This document shows positions 40,501 through 52,000 of a stretch of 64,000 bases of DNA, piece after piece; position 1 is the first letter of the stretch; each line of letters starts with the position of its first letter. The DNA is taken from assembly GCA_050575255.1 (NCBI GenBank), contig JBNZDD010013726.1:620001-684000 (forward strand), written 5' to 3'. This DNA comes from Harriotta raleighana (lineage: Eukaryota). A model generated the notes under the pieces. It was not told the origin of the DNA and did not search any database. It saw nothing but the letters and a program-made list of their open reading frames with translations. Position numbers and translations under genes: made by a program.

Positions 40501-42993
40501 AACTTCCACATATCTATTATTCTTTAATATGGAACATCAATGCAAATTTTGCCACAAGTGTACAATTACAAAAGTTGGACTTTAAAACATGTATGCAGAA
40601 GAGGATGAGAAAAGGTTCTTCTTTGAAGTTTGAATTACTCATTCCGTGTAGAGAACAGTTAATGGGTTTATGATTCATTACCTGCAATTTAATCAGCCAT
40701 TACAAAGGCAATATAGTGGCATTATTCAGAAATGAACCAACATCCTACACAAAATGACAAGCTGTGTCTTATTCTCATTTTCCTGAACAGTTTACCCATC
40801 TTTTGGAGAAGACTGCATGTAAACAATCAAGCAGAGGTATTATACACCTCACCATGAAAAAGAAACAAAATGTGAATTGCCTTTGTAAGTTACTGGTTAG
40901 ATCTCAGTTTGAGTATTGTGTCCAATTTGGGCAGGACAGAAGATGGGATTGTTCTGCTCAGAACAGAGGTGGTTAAGGGGGGGTTTAATAGAGAGGCTCA
41001 AAATTATGAGAGATTTTGATAGAATAGATGGTGAGAAACTATTTCCACTGTCAAGTGGGTTGTTAACTAGGGGACATAGATTTCAGATAATTGCCAAAAG
41101 AACCAGAGGGGTGATGAGATTTTTTTAATAGACAGGGTAATGAAAACAAATTTGATAACAACTTTCAAAAGAGAATTGGATAGGTACCTGAAAAGGAAAG
41201 ATTTGCAAGGACATTAAGAATTAAACTAGATGGTCTCTTCCTACTGATTCACATAACTGTGACCTGAATGATGCTCAATTCCTATTTTTGCCGCATCACA
41301 GAGGAAAAGCCACAGGATAACTCAATACACACCAATGTCATAAATTTCCTATTGGCTACCTCAACAGTGATTCAGACAGATATTTGGAGCAAGTAATTTT
41401 CTTGCCTTCTCGATTGAGAAATCACAATGGGGGTTGGCAAGAGGGAAGAGAAGGAGATGGAAAGAAGAAATTTAAAGATGTCAAAAAAAAACTCTAAGTA
41501 GAGAGGTGAAAGGTGAAAAAAGCATAAAAATAAAAATTCTGCAATTTTCAGAAAACAAGTATAAAATACCTGACATAAAAAAACACAATCCCTCTCAATA
41601 AATAATAATATTACACTAAATCTTTGAATCTTGGAACATTTTTGCCACAGCAGGGTACACAGGAATAATCTTGAATCAAACTATTAAAGGGCAAATGTGC
41701 AAAACAGTACTGATACACAAAGAAAAAGTTGCAAATATAAAACTGATAAAAATAACTTACATTTGCATTACTCAAAAAACAAAACAGCAATACCCAGTAT
41801 TAGATGAAACAAGTCCACCTCTTTTTTTTATTATTAACGTTGCAATGCTGAGGAATATAACAGCCCTTGCTAAGCCCCAAGGGAGCATTGTGACAGGTTA
41901 ATCTCAGTATTCTACCTTGAGAACAGCAGCTGCACCATGTCTACCAGTGTGTGCTCAGCAGATTTCCTCAATAACTCTGCAGAGGGAAAAAACAAATAAC
42001 ACAGGTGTCATTATGCATTGTGATATTATCAAGTGGCTCCAACAAGTGGACCTCCCTCCTAGTTTTGTTTACCAAGGATTAAGTGGAACTTATTAAACCA
42101 TTTTAAATTAAAGTGCATTTGTCTGACACAAACAGAAGATGGCACTAGAGCACTATCAACCAGAAAACAGAGGTCTCTTTGTTCATCCCTTGGAAAGCTG
42201 AATGCCCTTTTGCTGTTTTTTTTGTCACTCTGCAAACATTAAATGTAAACGCCCAATACTATAATGTGGTAAAAGTATTGAACTATATAACATTTCTTAG
42301 TTTACTCAAAATAAATTCTACCTAATAATAAGTACATTTTATCTATTATTAAATGATGCATCACAACTCAAGGACGAGCTAAATCATGAATGCAGTCTCT
42401 AATCACTATTTGGAGAGAAAAGTTAGGATACTATTATTGTGTGACACTCATAAAATGTAGCTAGACTTTTCACATTACAGTAATGAAGAATCAATACAGT
42501 GTCTGTATAAAGTGCATCAACAATTTCTTAACAAGTTATGTATGTGCGGCTTAACAAATATTTATAATGAGCATTGCCTTTGTTACCCATTTATTGGTGG
42601 TCGTAGCTTCCTCACTCACCTGGAATCCCAATCATCTTACCTTTCCATTCATTGTCAAATTAACAATATAAAGAGTACATTACACAAGTTCCCTTGTGAA
42701 ATGATATTCTCAAGATATGCATCTCCTATTAAATGAAAGCCAGTATTGCACATTGCCAGTATCGCAATGTGTACAGAATGTAAAATAAGGAAGGGAAAAA
42801 CAATTGTTGATTTGACTGGTTAAAATAAATCCTCGTTAATCAACAACAAAGTTACATTTATAGAGTGCCTTTCATGTTGTGAGGACATCCCAAGGCGCTG
42901 GGAGAACTGGGTGAGGTTACTCATGGTCGACAAGTTCACCAGCTTGTGGCCTCACTTTAAGTGTGAAAATTAATTCAGATCATACTGATGGTC

Positions 42994-43031
<38 letters not shown>

Positions 43032-46000
43032 TATACAATACGTATAATATATAAATATATATATGTGTGTGTGTATAATGGAGTTACTCCACACCTTTTT
43101 GGCTGTAAAATTGTCTGGGGAAGATAGTTTTCAGCAAACTAAACACTTATATTTTAAAAATTGCTTTCATCTTCCAAATTGGACAGTCTGAGCTGGAAGA
43201 AAGCAAAAAGGTGAACGAAGATAGAAAATAGTCTTTTTTAAAAAAAGGAAAGAACATATTGGAGTGAAAAAAATAATGGTTGAGCACATGTAAAAATTTC
43301 TAAATTGTTTTCAAAGAAATTCTGTATTATTTTGGCAGGATAGAATTAACAGTATATTAAAGATATCCAGCTTTATTACCGTGATCCAGATATATTACTG
43401 TAATATTAGTATTTTTCAGGATTATAGTAACAGAATTGAAAAAGTCTCCACACAGACAGAACTCTGCTGGCCAGCCTCAATACATAAATAACTCTACAAT
43501 TCACCATCACCAGCAAAACACTATATGTTATATGTGAGTGTGACCAGTAGCACTTTCAACCTCTGACCAGTGCATGTGTGAGTATGTGGCATGCTGTGAA
43601 TTTGCAGTTTATTTAGACCTTGTAAACGACCAAGAGGACAGAATACAAATAAAGAAAAACAAACGAACTGTGTTAGAGAAGCAAAAACAAAGTAATAAAA
43701 CAATTTTTTAAAAACTTACCACTAAGTCTCATTTCAAAACATATTCGAAAACATGACTGCATTATTTCACAAACTGATTCATTTGTTAGATGAGCACCAA
43801 CAGGAGTAAGGAGTAATGTTCTTAAAACCTGTAAAACATTACAAAACATTGCTTAACATGCACACTATGTATTATTGTTTAATTAGTGCACATTCATCTG
43901 AAAAGTCATTTATGGACATAAACCAAAAGTACCCCTAACTCATAAACAATAAGGAAAATCATTTTCCTCATACCATTATTGATAGATGGTATTTCAATTA
44001 TATTTCCCTCAAATTGGATAATTTTCTATGAAGTTATGACTTTTTTTCATAACAGCTTTCTGTTTAATTTTTTAAAACTTAGATTGAAAATAGGGATATC
44101 AAGCTTCATCAACAAAAACATTTTCATAGAGCTCTCCAGAAATGCCCAGATTCTAGTAATTAGATGTTATATTTTAAAATATTAAATGCCACATTTTATC
44201 AATTAAGTGTAAATATGGCAGATTATTAATTTTTGTATTGGATGTAAGTTTCTAGATACAGTAACACATTTGAGAAATTACATTCCAAAATGTGGCAGCA
44301 CATTTATGAGTAAAAAGCAGGGATTTGATTAATAAATCCATACCAAGTTCATATACAAAGTGCATATCGTAATTTTTTTAAATTCTAAAACAGGAAAACA
44401 TTAATATTGCTACTGTTCTGGAAATATTGTACTTGTACTATGTCTATGAGTATTACAAGATACTCCCATGTTCAATTAGCATCAGGTATTAATTTTCAAT
44501 GACATGGGCATCTGTGCATCCAATGTTTTTGAAACAATGTTCAGGTGGCTCCAGTTGGTATAGCCTCTATTTTATGTTAAACATACCCAAAATATCTCAG
44601 GTTCAATAATCAATCTGTGCCCAGTTCAACTGATCTCAGACAAAGCAGCAGTGAACTATAATTATCAGCAACTGCGAGAAAACTAACAATGGTACCTGCA
44701 ATGATTGATTTACAGCAAACTCCTACTGGAAGGTGAAGGAGTATGAACCATGGAGGCCCAAAATTTTGCCTTAGCTTAGCCTACAAGACCATTCTCACAT
44801 AACTGAAAAATTCTACTCTGTTCTATAAGATGTTTTTCCTGTACTGCTTATGAACTCCACTCTCCATTTTTCAATAGATTTGAAATTCAACCCTGAATGA
44901 AGCGACTCTTGAATTGTCTATAGGAAGTTGATAAATTGAGTCAGCCTTTAATTATCCATTCTGTATCAACAACAAAAACTTTCATTTAAAAAGCACTCTT
45001 CATGCAGGATAGCATCAAATTACTTATTCCAAACCAAATTACATATGAGTCAATCAAAGTTTGTATAATGAAAATGAACATGCAGATATAGAATATTGAT
45101 AAAATTTTGAAAAAGGAATCCTATGACTTGAGTGCTCACTGCTGAAAAACAGTATGGCAGTCGAGTGGCAACAGGAACTGACATTTCCAACAATTCCCTG
45201 AGATAGGAACATCTTACAATAACGATCTTGGTTCATACGTAAAGATTTGCCTCTTAGCCAAGGAATTAAGATTGGTGCCAGTGGCTATGGACCTGTATTC
45301 CAAGGATCAGTCATTAACCTCAAGACAAGGAGAAAATGACCAAAAAACAGGTTTCTACAGTCAATACAAAACAGGCAATTAATCGGAACAATGTAGAGTG
45401 CTACATAATCCCCTTGTTCACAACAGACACAAAGGAGAAACCCTGAAGTCAAAACATGATTTTCCCATGTGGTTTTGAATGAAACGGAATACATCATTAC
45501 TCTAATTGCTAACCAAGTTACCAGTCTTGATTTTAGCTTTGGAAACTGATTGATCCAGCCTTTTTCTAATGGTTCTTGCCATAATGCATTACCTGCAAAA
45601 TTTTCATCAGGACAACTTCGTCACTTGCTGGATCTGTTCCCACAAAACGAGCATGTGTGACGGCATCTGCCATGTTTTCAATTCCCTCTGCTGCTCCATC
45701 GTGACTTGGATCTGTAAAAAGTTTACAACTGTGTTAACTTGTGATTCCTTTTTTCCTGTTTCCATTTGCTCTGCTTCCAGGTGAAAGTATCCAGGGTAAA
45801 AAATAGAAAGTTAACAAATGCCTTAGCAATATATTTCCATACTGATTCCACAAAGGTCGTGAATTTCACTAATGATCAACGATGAACTGAAGAGATCCTC
45901 CAACGGTCAAATGAATGTAAGCAACCCCCAGTGGGATTTCAGCCTTTACCTACAGTCTGGGTTAAATCAACTGATTTCAGTCGAGCTGAACTCAACTTAG

Positions 46001-49000
46001 ACAGCATCTGTTGCTCAACCATCGGGCCAATGCCCAAGGTTAAGGTGGGTGGAAAACTCCCCATTTTGATTACTATTTTAGTGGATTTCAATTAAAACTG
46101 TAACTGTTCATAGCTCAAAAATAGCAATATAATAATTCTTGCATTTGATATGGTGCTTTTCACATCTTCTAGACGTCTCAAAATGCTTCACAAAATATAC
46201 TGCAAAGTGAATTGACTGTACATATGTGGGCCAAAACGCGGCAGTCAATTGCGCACAGCAGTGTCCCACAAACAGTTGCGGATTGAAATACTGTAACGAT
46301 TTATTATTGTTTTTCGGGGGGGGGGGATTATTATTAGGCATGTGGTGTAAGGAAACTTGCCCAAGGTTTCGCCCTGCCTGGAATGGAACCCAGGTCTCTT
46401 CCTTGTAAGGCGAGTGCTTTAACCACTGAGCTACAGGACTCCACGAATATCATTTTTATCAGATTTATTTATTAGGTTGGTTAGAATTATCACCTAATGG
46501 GTTTATTTTTACAGCTATATTTCCCTTGAACTTCCTCTCTTTAAGCTTCCTTGGAAAATATACCTGGAGCACAGGAGGTGGGCTTCTAGCTCATTAAGAG
46601 ATGGGACTCAGTGATGATGCTCACAACAATTTTCTTCAATTGCTTGGTATTTCCACATGGCAACACAAAGGGAAATTTAAAAAAATAAACTTTCCTGAAT
46701 GCCCATCCTACCATTTCCCAACCACAGCAAAATCTTTTCCTTTACACAAATTTTCAATAAAATTATGGATTTTTTTTCAAAAAAGTTTCATATTTGAGGA
46801 CATCACTTCCACATTTTACTATTAAATATCGATTGCAGATCTATTTATTACTGTATAGTAAAATCTAAATTCTTTCAGATTATAATCAGTGTATTAACGT
46901 ATAAAGTATTGAATTGCAGAGTTCATTTGAATATCGTCAACCAGTACAGTTATAACAATTTTACATTTCTCAAATGCAACACTCCCCCAGTTACATCACC
47001 ACAAGCACAAATACAAGAAATATATCATATGACTACCATCAGTGTCAGCTTGTCTCAGTTGGCAGCACTCTTGCCTTTGGGTCAGGAAGCTGCGAGTCCA
47101 AGTCCTGGGTGATGAACTTTGAGCTCAGTAGTCTATGCTGACACACCATAGCAATGCTGGGGGAGCACTTCACTGTTGGGAGTACCACCCTTCAGTTGAC
47201 AACCAAAAGAACTGACAACAACATTCAAAAAAGAGTTTCTCTCAGTATTCTGCCCAGCACCCTCCAAATTTAAAAAAATGATCATTCACTTTACAGTATC
47301 TGTACACAAAACTGGTTGCAACATTCCCCTAAAATGCAGTCACAACACTTGATGGAAAACTCTGAAGCACTTTGAGACACAGGCATTTAAAGGCACAATA
47401 TTAAATGCAAGGATATTAAATGCAAATGTAAGAATTATTTTACAGATGACCAGAACAGCACAAGCTCCCCAGATATAAACATCCCTTTTTCCAAAACAAT
47501 ACACAAAATCTCAAAATCCATCATCAAATTGGCCCTACCCCTTTACCCCAACAACAAACAATCCTTGACTTCCCAACACTCAAAAATAGAACAGTACTGC
47601 TCAAATATACAGAATTATTTATGCACTACATGAGATCTACCATATATTTTATATATGATAGATAAATTTTATGTCATCTACATTAACTTGTAATATTCTC
47701 TAATTCAACAAAGCAAGTAAAGTTAATAAAATATTTAAAAATGAACAATTTTGAAGGTGAAGAAAGATACTGTACTATCAAAGTTAATTTTACAAAAAGC
47801 ACTAAAGCTTTAGAGGGTTTTAAACTATGGAGATGTGGACATATTTGATCTCTGAATGTAATCCCTTTTTCATTTGTGTCTGGAATTACACAAAAGCCAA
47901 GACCCAATGAATTGAAAGAAAGGTAATCACTAAAACCTGCTTTACAGGTGTTCTTCCAGAAACAAACTAACCTCCCTTGTACCAGCACAGTATCCATTTT
48001 CACTGCCCTGGCCATAAACTATAATTAACTGCTCACGCTATCATGCAGTCACTCAAAAAACAGTTGAGGTCCAGGAGCTTGTTATTTCAGAAGATTAAAG
48101 ATTTAAAAAACTGAATGCTGGAAAATTTGAAATAAAATACTGAAAGTGCACAGGAAGTTGATCAGCATCTCAAAGAACAAGGCTAACTTTCCAAGCTTGA
48201 TTCTGTTTGATTCAACAAAATTTGGTAGACTGAAAAAATATAGCTGACAAGCCGAGGAAAACAAACGCACAAGGAGAGGACAAGACACACAGGAATGTAA
48301 CAATCTCAGGACAAAGAGGGAGTCAATGAGTCATTAAGAGATTTCAAAATGCTTAAGAGTTTAAATATTTAGTAAACCCTAAAGGAGTACAAATGGGCAG
48401 CAAATTTCCTCCTTGTTATCTGCTTTTCTCCTCCAGAGCACATACTAAATAAAATGTTCAATGTTGCATTTCGCTCACAAAATACAGTCATGCCATATTA
48501 CAGTACTGTACCATGTATCCCGCTTTGAGATATCTTGATGACATAAGGTGCTGTATCAAATGCAAATACATATTATTATATTTCCATTGCAAATTCAAAC
48601 AATGCAAAAATGCAAACTATTGTTTTTCAACACAATTTATTTACAAAATTAATCTCAATTATGCTTTCCTTTGTTATGATGACTTTATCAGTTTGATACA
48701 ATTTACAGCTACAAATCATTTGGAACTTTTACAATGATTAGCAAATTAACTTTTACATTTCTTTAGATCACCTAACTCAAGCGCTCTGAGAATCAGAATT
48801 TTTTAAATTGAAATTAATTAAAATTTGAAGCTAGTGAAGCATAATTGCCTGTCCAGCTGTTTGGCCCTAGACATCAATCAATCAATCAATTAATCAAAAT
48901 TACATTTATATAGCGCCTTTCACGTCGGGAGAACATCCCAAAGCGCTGTACAGTCAAGTAGGGATCAGAGCAGGGGGAGTGGGGGGGGGGTCAGAGTACA

Positions 49001-52000
49001 CAATCTACCCATTTTGAATGCCAGAATTAGTAACTGAAGAAATGAAAAGTAAAGATGAAATGTTGAATATTTTAATAGTGACATCATGCTAAAACATCTG
49101 AAGGCAATTTGGGAATTGTTATTATATCTATGAAAATCAAGGTAAGAATCAATGTACTGCATTTTTTGGGAGAGAAACATCATCTGTCTGTGAAAAGAAG
49201 CAACATTTGAAAGCAAGTGTTTCTAGATTCTGCCCCATTGGGCCAAACAAAAGGTTGGGAGAATTAGATAATCATGCTAGACACAAATAATGTAAATCTT
49301 GCAATTGTTCCCAACAACATTATTTAAGGAGGAAGAAGGATAAATGTTTTTCGGACAAGTTAAACTGAGGTCTTGTGTGCCTGTTCAGACGAAGGTTAAA
49401 GAGAAGGGAGTTTCTGCTAGTGTCTCAGCCAATGATCTACTGGAGAATAAAAAGATCATTCACTTCATGCTTGTTTATGAGAAATTGTTAAGCGTAAACT
49501 AGCCGGCAGGGTCGTCTACTAACCCACCATGACCATATTTTACAATAAAATCCCCTTTTAAAGAAATGATAAAGCACTATATTAAATGCAAGAATTATTA
49601 TTATGACATTAAACAACTGAGTAGACATTTCAGCATCAAAAATAAATTGTGCTCTGAAATGATGTAAACCAATACTGCTACTTATGCACCCAACAAATAA
49701 AGGTACTTCCAGAAAGGGACATCGCAACATTGGCTTTAAAGCCCATTCAATTTAACGGAGATCCTTCCAAAAGGTTGGAATCTTGAATACCGTAAAATGT
49801 ATACAGAGATCAAAAATGGCAAGTTTCATGAAGTAAAAAAAACTTTCAGAAGAAAAAAGATAGAAGTTTTCTTTTCCCCCTTTCTCCCCGGCCCCATTTC
49901 CATGTCTGTTTGTGGGACACTGCTGTGCACAATTTGGCTGCCGCATTTCGCCCCCAAATATACACCTGTTTTTCTGCTCTCTTCCCCCTACCCCTCCCCT
50001 TACCCTCATTCCCCCTTTCATCCCTAGCTCCCTCACTTCCACGACTGTTTTTGGGACACTGCTGTGCGCAATTTGGCTGCCGCGTTTCGCCCACAAATAT
50101 ACAGTCAATTTTCCTACTCCTTCCCACTACTACGACCCCTCCCCCACTGCTCTGGCCCCTATCCTTTTCCCGTCTTTCTTCCCTCTTTTCTCTCCCTAAC
50201 CCGACCCCTCCCCCTCCCCTCCCTGTCGTATTCTGTAAAGCGCTTTGGGACGGCGATAAAATGTGGAAAGTGCTATATAAATCTAAGGATTATTATTATT
50301 ATTATTATTATTATAAGTGCTCTTCTCAGCGTTTCCTTCTCTTTTGAAGACTTAAATCTCAGAATTATCCTTGGAGAACCCTCTTCCATGCACCAATGCC
50401 CCATTAAAGATAGAATATAAAATGTCTACCCAATACTAAAAATGTGATCTTCTAAATGAGTTATATAGTGTTAAAATATCTTTGACGCTTGGGTACATCC
50501 CTGTACTTAATTAACTTAATTGAAAGCCTCATAATTTCAAGATACTTTTTCCTTTATAGAGAGGATTTCTTTACAACATCCCATAATTAGGAATTTTAAA
50601 ACTTTGCATTATTTTCTTCAGCTTTATTATTTTCATTTTTTTCTCTTAAATCTATCTGTTCAACCCCAAAACATATTTTTGTAAGCACTCTGCACTTCTC
50701 AACTTAACTTAACTTTTACAAGCGAGAGACCTGGGTTTGATTCCTGGCAGAGGCGAAATCTTGGGCAAGTTTCCTTACTCCACACACACACACTGATAAT
50801 AGTCCCTCAAGAAAACAATATACAGTAAAAGCCCATTTATCCGGCACCCATGGAGCTGGCCAGTGCCGGTTAAACAGCTTTCTGGTTGAACTTTTTTTTT
50901 TAAAAAGTAAAATTTTTACTTTTTGGGGGACACTGCTGTGCGGAATTGGCTGTTGCATTTTGCCCTCAAATATTCAGGCAATTCACTTTACAGTATATTC
51001 TGAAGTGCTTTGAGACGTCTGGAAGACGTGATAAGGCCTTGTTTCAAATGCAAGGATTATTATTAACCAGTTATCCATAACTTTTTATGATGATTTTTTT
51101 CCCACATTGCTAATACCATCAATAGCAATAGCATTTTTTTAATTTAAAAAATGCACTTCAACTTGTCATTTCATATCTTCCTATTCCATTTGAACCCATT
51201 ACATTTCCATTCATGTAGGAATATTATTTTCATTCACTGTCCAACCATTTGTTCATCCAGTTTGAAAGCTCAGCAGCCCCCTCAACAAACAAATCTGTCC
51301 CAAATGATTTTCAATTTGTGGTGTTTTGTAAACAGCTGTACAAGAATACCTCAAGGTGTCAAGTTATCAAATCATATCTTCTAGTTCAGGCATCGATAAA
51401 AACGATGAAAAGATATATTTTCAATAATGTCAGCAAAATACAGGTTTTATCTCAATGCCAAAACAAACTAAGTGTGCAAATCTAATTGTAACAAATTTTA
51501 ACAAATATGTAACATATTTGAGATAACCAGTACCTCATAACATAGCATTCCTCAAAGGGGATTATAGAAATATAGTGTACACTATTCTTCAACAAACGAG
51601 CCCCATGTGGCACAATCTAAAGGAGATATTCAGTCATATTATGCTTAAACTATATCACATACAAAAACCATTTGAACTAAGACCAGATGGATGTTTTAGC
51701 TGAAGAGTAATTCTTTGATATTGGTTTGATTTTTAGAACTGTATAGCCTCACATTGTTTAATAATTAATGTGAAGTTTAAGAGACATGGCCAGCAGTAAC
51801 ACATCTGATAATCTACAGTACTATTTCAACAAAACTTTGAACTGGAATAAAGAACTCAATGAAAATTATACTTATTTTTAAATAAAATGCCCAAATCTGT
51901 CTAACCACAGCCCATGGCCAGAGAGCTGGTTACCTGACAATTAAGATCAGTGTCAGGGCCAGATGTACTGCCAATTTACTACATTCTAGGTTATATAAAA

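Noticed and set aside
49752-50420. Cluster of overlapping ORFs up to 145 aa
   Set aside because: Derived from SINE sequence and (TTA)n/pyrimidine tracts.
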